From an uncultured Alphaproteobacteria bacterium (GTDB lineage Bacteria > Pseudomonadota > Alphaproteobacteria > Rhizobiales > Beijerinckiaceae), in the NCBI GenBank assembly GCA_937871825.1, contig CALMOK010000073.1:1-45795 (forward strand): a stretch of DNA of 45,795 nt, in the 5' to 3' direction. Under the pieces are notes generated by a model. It had not been told where the DNA came from, made no database searches, and saw nothing but the letters and a program-made list of their open reading frames with translations. Position 1 is the first letter of the stretch. Every line of letters starts with the position of its first letter. Made by a program: the position numbers and the translations under genes. Positions 36,468 through 45,795 of this stretch are shown in pieces.

Positions 36468-37040
36468 CTAGATCTGCATGATTTCTTTTTCCTTGACGGC
36501 CAGGGCCTGATCGACCTCGCTCACCGCTTGGTCGGTCGCCTTCTGGACGTCGGCCTCGAACCGTTTCTCGTCGTCCTCGGTGATCAGCTTCTCCTTGAGA
36601 AGTTTCTTGAGCTGGTCGATGCCGTCGCGGCGCACATGGCGCACGGAGATGCGAGCATCCTCGCTGTACTTATGGGCCACCTTGACCATCTCCCGCCGCC
36701 GCTGCTCGTTGAGTTCGGGAATCCTGATGCGGAGAACCTGGCCTTCCACGACCGGGCTGAGCCCGAGGTTCGAATCGCGGATGGCCTTGTCGACCGCGTT
36801 GACCATGCCCTTGTCCCACACCTGGACCGAGATGCTGCGAGCCTCGGGAATGCTGATCGTCGCCACCTGGTTGAGCGGCATGCTTTGCCCGTAAGCCTGA
36901 ACCTGAACCGGCTCGACGAGGCTCGCGCTGGCCCGGCCCGTCCGCAGTCCGCCAAGCTCGTGCTTGAACCCCTGAATCGTGCTTTGCATGCGGCGCTTCA
37001 GATCGCCGACATCGAATTCTGCGCTCACAACGACACCCAT
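36468..37040 (-). CDS. frr: Ribosome recycling factor
   Basis: LRTGRA, PLNQVA, P.L.E.RR and KEKEIM. Start may be GTG 37028. Confidence 0.96.
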   Translation of the reverse strand: MGVVVSAEFDVGDLKRRMQSTIQGFKHELGGLRTGRASASLVEPVQVQAYGQSMPLNQVATISIPEARSISVQVWDKGMVNAVDKAIRDSNLGLSPVVEGQVLRIRIPELNEQRRREMVKVAHKYSEDARISVRHVRRDGIDQLKKLLKEKLITEDDEKRFEADVQKATDQAVSEVDQALAVKEKEIMQI

Positions 37041-37176
37041 CGTCTTAAAGGGCCATTCATCCGGCGATCCACCATCCGGACACCGCGACTTGCCCCGCCC
37101 ACCTCACCATACACGCCGAGGCCCGCGCGCCGATACCCTCTCGTCGAGAAAGGCGATCCGTTTACGGCCTGCAGCG

Positions 37177-37881
37177 TCATGGCGTGACCAGGGTGAACAC
37201 TCCCCGGCCCGACAGGGCGGCGGTGATCGCACCAGCTTCGGCAATGGAGAAGACCACGATGGGCATGTGGTTTTCACGGGCGAGCGCGAAGGCGGCCGTG
37301 TCCATCACGGCCAGATTGCGCGCGATCGCCTCGCCGTGGGTGAGGTGATCGTAGCGCGTGGCGTTCGCGTCGAGCTTGGGGTCGGCCGTGTAGATCCCAT
37401 CCACCTGCGTGGCCTTCATGACGGCGTCGCCCGCCAACTCGGCCGCCCGAAGCACCGCCCCCGTGTCGGTCGTGAAGAACGGGTTGCCGGTTCCGCCCGC
37501 CAGCACGCAGATGCGGTTCTTGGCGAGATGATGAAGCGTGGCTTGCCGCGAATAGGGCTGGCAGACCGACGGCATGGGAACGGCCGACAGCGCGCGGGCC
37601 GCATGGCCTTCGGCCTCGATCGCCGCCTCGATGGCGAGCGCGTTCATGACCGTCGCCAGCATGCCGATCGAATCGGCGCGGGCTCGCTCGATTCCCTTGT
37701 CGGCGCCCTGCATCCCGCGGAAGAAGTTGCCACCTCCCACCACCACGGCGATCTCGACCCCGAGGTTGACGGCCCCGACGAGGTCGGCGGCGATCCGCGC
37801 GACCGTGGGGGCGTTGAGGCCGAACGGGTCGGGTCCCGTCAGGGCTTCGCCCGACAGCTTGATCACAACCCTGCGGTACAT
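37177..37881 (-). CDS. pyrH: Uridylate kinase
   Basis: KLSGEAL, GGGNFFRG, GMLATVMN, GTGNPFFTTD and DGIYTADP. Confidence 0.97.
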   Translation of the reverse strand: MYRRVVIKLSGEALTGPDPFGLNAPTVARIAADLVGAVNLGVEIAVVVGGGNFFRGMQGADKGIERARADSIGMLATVMNALAIEAAIEAEGHAARALSAVPMPSVCQPYSRQATLHHLAKNRICVLAGGTGNPFFTTDTGAVLRAAELAGDAVMKATQVDGIYTADPKLDANATRYDHLTHGEAIARNLAVMDTAAFALARENHMPIVVFSIAEAGAITAALSGRGVFTLVTP

Positions 37882-38004
37882 CGCGGCTCCATCATGGCAT
37901 ATCGATCGGCCTGTTGGCGCAAACCGAGCGCGTCAGCGCCATATCAGCGCCGATCGCCGAAGTACAGGTTAGGCGGGTACCGCTGACCCCGAAGCGCCGC
38001 GCCT

Positions 38005-38928
38005 TCAAACCATGCTGGCGACTTCCGACGCGAAGTCCGGCGCGTCCGGCTTCTCGATGCCCTCGCCCAGGGCGAAGCGCAAGAATCCCTTGACGGTGAT
38101 CGGCGCACCGACCTGCTTTTCGGCCTCCTTGGCGGCCTGGGACACGGACTTTGCGTTATCGTGGACGAACGGCTGGTCAAGCAGGCTGACGTCCTTGTAG
38201 TAGCTCTTCAGTCCGCTTTCGACGATCTTTTCCAAAACGTTGGCGGGCTTGCCGGCGTTCTTGTCGGCCAGCAGGGCCCGCTCGCGTGCCACGATGGCGG
38301 GGTCGAGGCTGGCGCCATTGAGTGCCAGGGGGCTGGTGGCGGCGACATGCATGGCGATCTGCCGCCCGAGAGCGCCGAGCGCCGCCGCATCGCCAGTGGA
38401 TTCCAATGCCACCAGAACGCCGATCTTGCCCAGGCCATCGCCGATGGCGTTGTGGATGTAGTGGGCGACCACTCCGGAGGACACCTGCAGCCCCGCGACG
38501 CGGCGAAGCGTCATGTTCTCGCCAATGGTGGCGATGGCGTTGGCGATCGCGTCCGACACCGTGCCCCCGGCCGGATAATTAGCCGTCTTGAGGGCTTCGG
38601 CATCTTCGCCCGTCGCGCCCTGGCGAAGGGCAACATCGGCGATGCTGCGCACCAGCTTCTGGAAATCCTCGTTCCGGGCGACGAAATCAGTCTCGGAATT
38701 GACCTCGACCAGCACTCCCCGGTTGCCGTCCACGGCAAGGGCGACCAATCCTTCGGCGGCGACGCGACCGGATTTCTTGGCGGCTTTCGACAAGCCCTTC
38801 TTCCGCAACCAGTCCACGGCCGATTCGATGTCGCCCGCCACCTCGTTGAGGGCGTTCTTGCAATCCATCATGCCGGCCCCGGTCTTTTCGCGAAGATCCT
38901 TCACCATCGCGGCGGTAACGTTGGCCAT
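38005..38928 (-). CDS. tsf: Elongation factor Ts
   Basis: [16 protein letters not shown] and [10 protein letters not shown]. Confidence 0.98.
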   Translation of the reverse strand: MANVTAAMVKDLREKTGAGMMDCKNALNEVAGDIESAVDWLRKKGLSKAAKKSGRVAAEGLVALAVDGNRGVLVEVNSETDFVARNEDFQKLVRSIADVALRQGATGEDAEALKTANYPAGGTVSDAIANAIATIGENMTLRRVAGLQVSSGVVAHYIHNAIGDGLGKIGVLVALESTGDAAALGALGRQIAMHVAATSPLALNGASLDPAIVARERALLADKNAGKPANVLEKIVESGLKSYYKDVSLLDQPFVHDNAKSVSQAAKEAEKQVGAPITVKGFLRFALGEGIEKPDAPDFASEVASMV

Positions 38929-38984
38929 AATCCTGTCCCTCACTAGATCCCGGATGCCGCAGGGTTCACGCATCGGGTGTGTTG

Positions 38985-39012
38985 AAAAAAAGCAAGGCCC
39001 AGAGGGCCTTGC
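38985..39012 (-). terminator. Terminator/attenuator hairpin between rpsB and tsf
   Basis: GCAAGGCCC/GGGCCTTGC stem followed by T7 on the minus strand. Confidence 0.7.
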
Positions 39013-39052
39013 AACGATCACGCAGATTCGACCTGGGCCGCGAGCGACGCGA

Positions 39053-40090
39053 TCAGGCAGCCGCCATCAACTCGCGCGCCTGCTGGATCCAGCCATCGCG
39101 CTCGATACGGCCGGCCAGCTTGAGATCCTGGTCGAGCTTGGTCATGTCCTCGGGCTTCATGGCGGCGAGCTGCCAATAATGGAACACGCCCGCGTCGTTG
39201 AGCTTCTGAACGACCTGCGGGCCAACGCCATGCAACTTGGACATATCGTCGGGCGCCCCGCGCGGCGCGGTCAACAATTCGAACTGTTCGGCGGGTGCGT
39301 CGTCGCCCGATCCGACTTCCTCGGCCGGCGCCGGTTCGGCCACCGCGAGATCCTCGACCATCGGCGCTTCCATTTCGCCCAGATCGACACCCACGGAACC
39401 CTGGCTACGCGAGATGCCGTCGATTGCCGCGCGGGAGATCAGGTCGCAATAAAGCGAGATCGCACGGGCGGCGTCGTCATTACCGGGGATCGGGAAGGTG
39501 ATGCCGTCCGGATCGCAATTCGTGTCGACGATCGCCGCGACCGGGATGTTGAGGCGGTTCGCCTCCTTGATGGCGAGCTGCTCCTTGTTGGTGTCGATGA
39601 CGAAGATCAGGTCGGGCACACCGCCCATGTCCTTGATGCCGCCGAGTGCCTTTTCGAGCTTGTCGCGCTCCCGCGACAGCATCAAGCGCTCCTTCTTGGT
39701 CAGCCCGGAGGCGCCGGCGGCCAGCATGTCCTCGACCTTGCGCAGGCGCTGGATGGAGCCCGAGATCGTCTTCCAGTTGGTCAGCATGCCGCCGAGCCAG
39801 CGGGCGTTGATGTAATACTGTGCGGAGCGCTTGGCGGCGTCCGCGATCGGCTCCGAAGCCTGGCGCTTGGTGCCGACGAACAGCACGCGGCCGCCACGCG
39901 AAACCGTGTCGGACACCGCCTGGAGGGCGCGGTGAAACAGCGGCACGGTTTGGGCGAGATCGATGATGTGGATGTTGTTGCGGGTGCCGAAGATGTATTG
40001 CTGCATCTTCGGGTTCCAGCGGTGCGACTGGTGGCCGAAATGCGCGCCGGCCTCAAGAAGCGAGCGCATGGTGTAATCGGGGAGTGCCAT
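39053..40090 (-). CDS. rpsB: 30S ribosomal protein S2 with C-terminal helix-hairpin-helix-like extension
   Basis: [25 protein letters not shown] and PGNDDA. C-terminal extension DD..KLHGVGP...[13 protein letters not shown]. Confidence 0.97.
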   Translation of the reverse strand: MALPDYTMRSLLEAGAHFGHQSHRWNPKMQQYIFGTRNNIHIIDLAQTVPLFHRALQAVSDTVSRGGRVLFVGTKRQASEPIADAAKRSAQYYINARWLGGMLTNWKTISGSIQRLRKVEDMLAAGASGLTKKERLMLSRERDKLEKALGGIKDMGGVPDLIFVIDTNKEQLAIKEANRLNIPVAAIVDTNCDPDGITFPIPGNDDAARAISLYCDLISRAAIDGISRSQGSVGVDLGEMEAPMVEDLAVAEPAPAEEVGSGDDAPAEQFELLTAPRGAPDDMSKLHGVGPQVVQKLNDAGVFHYWQLAAMKPEDMTKLDQDLKLAGRIERDGWIQQARELMAAA

Positions 40091-40203
40091 TGTTCGTCTC
40101 CGGTTGAACCTCCGCGGGCTGACGGGCCACCCGCATTACGGATAGGCCACCGGAACGACCCTTCAATCAGGACCGCTATACACCCGCGTGTGGAATGACG
40201 CGT

Positions 40204-40232
40204 TGTATAATGTCCCGAGACTTGTGGCGCAA
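40204..40232 (-). promoter_or_regulatory. Sigma-70 promoter of the rpsB-tsf operon
   Basis: Minus strand TTGCGC-N17-TATACA, giving a ~105-nt leader. Confidence 0.6.
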
Positions 40233-40304
40233 GGCCGCCCGACGGGGTTGGCCCGGCATTCTCCCAACGGAGATACCGGGCCAAGCTGGCCCGACGGTCA
40301 AGCG

Positions 40305-41153
40305 TCAGGTTGTGGGGAAGTCCGCGCCGAGCGTCACGGCTTCCCAGGTGTCGAAGTCTTGTTTCAGCTCGTCGAGCTTCTTTCGCGCGAGTTCGAGCGC
40401 CGGCTTGCCGAGCAGCAGGTGGCGGGGTGGCTTGTCGGCCGTCACGGCCTCGATGATTGCCTCGGCGGCCCGCGCGGGGTCGCCGACCTGCTTGCCGCTG
40501 CGCGCGAAGGTTTGTTTGCGCCGCTCGCCCGCCGTGGCGGCGTAATCGCCGATTTCGATCTTCGATTGCTCGATCGAGCGGCCCGCGAAATCGGTGCGGA
40601 ACGGCCCCGGCTCGACAACCACGACGTTGATGCCAAGCGGCTCGACCTCGATCGCCAGCGACTCCGACAAGCCCTCCACGGCGTATTTGGTGGCGTGGTA
40701 GTAGCCCGTTGCCCCGAAACTCACGAGGCCGCCAATCGACGACAGATTGACAATGGCGCCCTTGCGCCGCGCCCGCATGCCGGGAAGCACCGCCTTTGTC
40801 ATCGCCACCAAGCCGAACACGTTGGTTTCAAACATCCGGCGAACCGGCTCGTCCTCGCCTTCCTCGATGGCGGCGAGGTAGCCGTAGCCCGCATTGTTGA
40901 CCAGGACGTCGAGACGGCCGAACCGCTCCTCGGCCGCCTTCACGGCATGGGCGATCCGGACCTCGTCGGTCACATCGAGCGCCAGCGCCAGCGCGGTGTC
41001 GGGATGGCCCTCCACAAGGTCGACGACCTTGGCCTCGTCCCGGGCCGTGACCACGGCGCGCCATCCGCGCGCGAGGACCTTTTGGGCGAGATCGCGCCCG
41101 AACCCGGTCGAGCATCCCGTGATGAACCAGACCGGCGTTGTTTCTTCCGTCAT
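40305..41153 (-). CDS. Short-chain dehydrogenase/reductase
   Basis: TGCSTGFG, NNAG and YHATK (YxxxK). Confidence 0.92.
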   Translation of the reverse strand: MTEETTPVWFITGCSTGFGRDLAQKVLARGWRAVVTARDEAKVVDLVEGHPDTALALALDVTDEVRIAHAVKAAEERFGRLDVLVNNAGYGYLAAIEEGEDEPVRRMFETNVFGLVAMTKAVLPGMRARRKGAIVNLSSIGGLVSFGATGYYHATKYAVEGLSESLAIEVEPLGINVVVVEPGPFRTDFAGRSIEQSKIEIGDYAATAGERRKQTFARSGKQVGDPARAAEAIIEAVTADKPPRHLLLGKPALELARKKLDELKQDFDTWEAVTLGADFPTT

Positions 41154-41175
41154 CCTGCTTGTCCTGTTTCTTGAG

Positions 41176-42162
<987 letters not shown>

Positions 42163-42363
42163 GGTTCATCCTGCATGGCTGCGGAAAGGTGCCGCGGTCT
42201 GATAGTGGTGCAGGCGCCCCGGTCCCTGTGGGAAGCGGGGACAGCCGGCCATTCGGCACGATCGGGCGCCTGTTCGATGATCGACGGCTAGCCATCGATC
42301 GGCTCAATCATTAACTCTCTTCGGTGGATGAAGGCTCGATGGCCCGGGCACCGAAGGAACAAC

Positions 42364-43869
42364 ATGGCGAACGTCGAAACGTTTCAGCGCCGCGCCGGCT
42401 CTGTGCCTGCTACGGCCGCGACGGAACAAACATATCGGATTCCGCCCCACAACGTCGAGGCCGAGCAAGCCTTGCTGGGCGCCATCCTGGTCAACAACGA
42501 CGCCTTCGATCGGGTTTCCGATTTTCTTCAGGCGGGGCACTTTTCAGAAGAAATCCATCGTCGCATCTTCGAGGTGATGGCGGCGCTGATCCGTGCCGGC
42601 AAGCTGGCAACGCCGATCACCCTGAAGACCTTCCTGGGCGAACACGACCTTGGCGGCATGACGGTGCCGCAATACCTGGCCCGGCTCGCCGCCGAGGCCA
42701 CCACCGTCATCAACGCGTCCGATTACGGCCGCAGCATCTTCGACCTCGCGACGCGCCGGAACCTGATCACCATCGGCGAGGAGGTGGTCAACCTCGCCTA
42801 TGACGCGCCCGTCGACCTGTCGCCCCGCGCCCAGATCGAGGAAGCGGAGCGGCGGCTTTACGAGATCGCCGAAACCGGACGCTACGACGGAGGATTCCAG
42901 AGCTTCTCGACCGCGCTCACCCACGCCATCGACATGGCCGCCAAGGCCTATGAGCGCGACGGCAAGCTGTCGGGCATTTCCACGGGTATGCGTGACCTCG
43001 ACCGGCAACTCGGCGGACTGCAACAATCCGATCTCGTGATCGTGGCGGGACGACCCGGCATGGGCAAAACCGCGCTCGCCACCAACATCGCCTTCAACAT
43101 CGCCAAGGCCTACCAGTTCGAGGTCAAGCCGGACGGCACCCACGCGGCGACCAACGGCGGCGTTATCGGCTTCTTCTCGCTGGAAATGTCGTCCGAACAG
43201 CTCGCCACCCGCATCATCGCCGAACAATCGGGCGTGGCGTCCTACAAGATACGCCGGGGCGACATCACGGACGACGACTTCCACCACATCACCGACGCGG
43301 CGCGGCAGATCCAGACGATACCCTTCTACATCGACCACACTGGCGGCATCTCGATCGCGCAGCTAACGGCCCGCGCCCGCCGCTTGAAACGCCAGCGCGG
43401 GCTCGACGTGTTGATCGTCGACTACCTGCAATTGCTGTCAGGCTCCAAGAACGCCAATGCCAACCGGGTGCAGGAATTGACCGAGATCACCACGGGCCTG
43501 AAGGCGCTCGCCAAGGAGTTGTCGGTCCCCGTCGTGGCGCTGTCGCAGCTGTCCCGCCAGGTCGAGTCGCGCGACGACAAGCGTCCGCAATTATCCGACC
43601 TGCGCGAATCGGGCTCCATCGAGCAGGACGCCGACGTGGTGATGTTCGTGTACCGCGAGGAGTATTACCTCAAGAACAAGCAGCCGCGCGAAGGTACCGA
43701 GGAATTCACCACCTGGCTGACCGACATCGAGCGGGCGCATGGCAAGGCCGAGGTGATCATCGGCAAGCAGCGCCACGGGCCGACAGGCACGGTGGAATTG
43801 CAGTTCGACGCCGAGGTGACGCGCTTTTCCGACCTCGCCAGCGAGGATCACCTGCCCGCCCATGTTTAA
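42364..43869 (+). CDS. dnaB: Replicative DNA helicase
   Basis: PPHNVEAEQ, Walker A GRPGMGKT, FSLEM, VDYLQL, DLRESGSIEQDAD and KQRHGP. No intein. Confidence 0.97.
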   Translation: MANVETFQRRAGSVPATAATEQTYRIPPHNVEAEQALLGAILVNNDAFDRVSDFLQAGHFSEEIHRRIFEVMAALIRAGKLATPITLKTFLGEHDLGGMTVPQYLARLAAEATTVINASDYGRSIFDLATRRNLITIGEEVVNLAYDAPVDLSPRAQIEEAERRLYEIAETGRYDGGFQSFSTALTHAIDMAAKAYERDGKLSGISTGMRDLDRQLGGLQQSDLVIVAGRPGMGKTALATNIAFNIAKAYQFEVKPDGTHAATNGGVIGFFSLEMSSEQLATRIIAEQSGVASYKIRRGDITDDDFHHITDAARQIQTIPFYIDHTGGISIAQLTARARRLKRQRGLDVLIVDYLQLLSGSKNANANRVQELTEITTGLKALAKELSVPVVALSQLSRQVESRDDKRPQLSDLRESGSIEQDADVVMFVYREEYYLKNKQPREGTEEFTTWLTDIERAHGKAEVIIGKQRHGPTGTVELQFDAEVTRFSDLASEDHLPAHV

Positions 43870-45052
43870 AGGAAGCGCCAACACGCTGACCATGGAACCC
43901 GCCTGGGCCAGCACCCAGGTGGATGCCCAAGCCGACCTGACGATCGACCTCGACGCGCTCACCGCCAACTGGCAGGCGCTGCAGCGCCGCGCCGCGGACG
44001 CCGAATGCGCCGCGGTGGTGAAAGCCGACGCATACGGCACAGGGATCGAGCATGCCGTTCCGGCCCTGGCGCGGGCGGGCTGCCGAACCTTCTTCACCGC
44101 CCATGCCGCGGAGGGCGCCCGCGCCCGGGCGAGCTTGCGGGACGCGGGATACGAGGACGGTGCGGCCCGCGTCTTCATCCTGCACGGGTTCCACCCTGCC
44201 CTCATGCCGGTCGACCTGTTCGGCCGTTTCGATCTCAGCCCTGTGATCGGCTCTGCGGAGGAACTTCAAGCCTGGACGGCGGCTCGACACGAGGGGGGAC
44301 GCTGCGCCTTGCACGTCGACACGGGCATGAACCGCCTCGGCTTCTCGTTGGCCGATTCGAAGGCGCTCGACGCGGGATCATTGGCGGCCGCGAACATCGA
44401 CCTGCTGATGAGCCACTTCACCGTCGCCGAAACGCCTTCGGACCCCGCCAACGCCGCCCAGATTGCCCGTTTCGAGGAAATCCGGCGGGGACTTTTGGGA
44501 CAATATCGCGCCTCGCTCAGCAATTCCTCGGGTTTGTTCCTGCCGCAACGGCCGCTCTACGACCTGGTTCGTCCAGGCTACGCGCTTTACGGCGGCAACC
44601 CCACCCCCGACCACGCCAACCCGATGCGGCCCGTCGTGGGGCTTGAAGCGCCCATCCTCCAGACGCGCTGGATCGCGGCCGGCGAGGCGGCCGGTTACAA
44701 CGGACGTTGGGTCGCGGCGCGGCGGACACGCCTTGCCACGATCGGCGTCGGCTACGCCGACGGGCTGCCGCGCAACGCCATGACGGTGGGTGTCGGCGAG
44801 CCGCCGGTGGGCCTGGTCGGCGACGTCCCCTGCCCGCTCGTCGGGCGCGTGTCGATGGATCTCAGCATCCTCGACATCTCCGACGCGCCGGACGCGACCC
44901 GGGCCGGAACGCCCGTTCGCATCCTTGGGCCAGAAATCACCGTCGACGACCTCGGGGCGCGGACGAACACCATCGGCTATGAAATCCTGACCAACCTGGG
45001 ACGGCGCTATCGGCGGCGTTATGTTGAAGGGTCGATGCGCGCCGAGGCGTGA
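43862..45052 (+). CDS. alr: Alanine racemase
   Basis: AVVKADAYG, VDTGMNRLG, VRPG.ALYG, GYADG and GRVSMD. Start at 43862 or 43892. Confidence 0.93.
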   Translation: MFKGSANTLTMEPAWASTQVDAQADLTIDLDALTANWQALQRRAADAECAAVVKADAYGTGIEHAVPALARAGCRTFFTAHAAEGARARASLRDAGYEDGAARVFILHGFHPALMPVDLFGRFDLSPVIGSAEELQAWTAARHEGGRCALHVDTGMNRLGFSLADSKALDAGSLAAANIDLLMSHFTVAETPSDPANAAQIARFEEIRRGLLGQYRASLSNSSGLFLPQRPLYDLVRPGYALYGGNPTPDHANPMRPVVGLEAPILQTRWIAAGEAAGYNGRWVAARRTRLATIGVGYADGLPRNAMTVGVGEPPVGLVGDVPCPLVGRVSMDLSILDISDAPDATRAGTPVRILGPEITVDDLGARTNTIGYEILTNLGRRYRRRYVEGSMRAEA

Positions 45053-45102
45053 CCGCTCTTCGCCGCAGCCACCCGATCCATCACCGTGAAGGACGCCCCC
45101 CG

Positions 45103-45795
45103 ATGTCGAAACCGCGCGCGACCTTCGTGTGCCAGAACTGCGGCGCCGTCACCAACCGCTGGCAGGGCCGCTGCGATGCCTGCGGCGAGTGGAACAGCAT
45201 CGTCGAGGAAACCGCGGTGTCGGGCATCGGCGGGCAGATCGCCCGCAAGGGGCGCAAGGGGCGGCTGTTCGCGCTGGAAGGCTTGTCGGCCGACACCGCC
45301 GAGCCGCCGCGCAGCCCGATCGGCATGGACGAACTCGACCGGGTGACAGGGGGCGGCTTCGTGCCCGGTTCCGTCCTGCTGATGGGGGGTGAGCCGGGCA
45401 TCGGCAAATCGACCCTGCTGATCCAGGCTTGCGCACAACTCGCCCGCAAGGGCGTGCGCGTCGGCTATATCTCGGGCGAGGAGGCCGCCGCCCAGGTCCG
45501 GCTGCGGGCCGAGCGCCTCGGCCTGTCGGGCGCCCCGGTCGAACTCGCCGCCGCCACCAGCGTCGAGGATATCGTGGCCACCTTGAGCGAGGGGCCGCGC
45601 TTCGGCCTCGTGGTGATCGACTCGATCCAGACCATGTGGAGCGAAAGCGTCGAGGCCGCGCCCGGAACCGTCACGCAGGTCCGCACCGCCGCGCAAGGCC
45701 TCATTCGTTACGCCAAGACGACCGGAGCCTGCGTGATCCTGGTCGGGCACGTCACCAAGGACGGGCAGATCGCCGGCCCCCGGGTGGTCGAGCAC
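45103..45795 (+). CDS. radA: DNA repair protein RadA/Sms (runs off the window edge)
   Basis: Translated by hand: MSKPRATFVCQNCG...WQGRCDACGEWN, GGEPGIGKSTLL, SGEE, VIDSIQT and GHVTKDGQIAGP. Confidence 0.95.
   Translation, partial: MSKPRATFVCQNCGAVTNRWQGRCDACGEWNSIVEETAVSGIGGQIARKGRKGRLFALEGLSADTAEPPRSPIGMDELDRVTGGGFVPGSVLLMGGEPGIGKSTLLIQACAQLARKGVRVGYISGEEAAAQVRLRAERLGLSGAPVELAAATSVEDIVATLSEGPRFGLVVIDSIQTMWSESVEAAPGTVTQVRTAAQGLIRYAKTTGACVILVGHVTKDGQIAGPRVVEH

Overview
GC-rich alphaproteobacterial (Hyphomicrobiales/Rhizobiales-type) chromosomal segment made mostly of core genes. From left to right: the aapJQM amino-acid ABC transporter with divergent metC; a three-gene lipid A/glycolipid modification module (ArnT/GT39-like, GT2, LAB_N); a small Pro/Asp-rich ORF; a ~1 kb AT-rich islet at the 3' end of tRNA-Arg(TCT); the NDUFS4-like/tRNA-Pro/DUF192/double cold-shock block; sirtuin, alaC-like aminotransferase, phaC, FAH-family gene, argC, rplM-rpsI and ctaA; a deacetylase/GNAT/Wzc polysaccharide module; the rpsB-tsf-pyrH-frr-uppS-cdsA-dxr-rseP-bamA-lpxD-fabZ-lpxA-lpxB cluster (lpxI is absent from its usual place); SDR and AKR oxidoreductases; and dnaB-alr-radA. 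I found no integrase, IS, prophage or CRISPR array, and I cannot demonstrate a complete novel multi-gene system. The best leads are the tRNA-Arg islet with a membrane-anchored, degenerate HEPN-like protein, the missing lpxI, the Pro/Asp-rich microprotein, and motif lesions in Dxr and LAB_N. All family assignments come from motif recognition by eye, not database searches.
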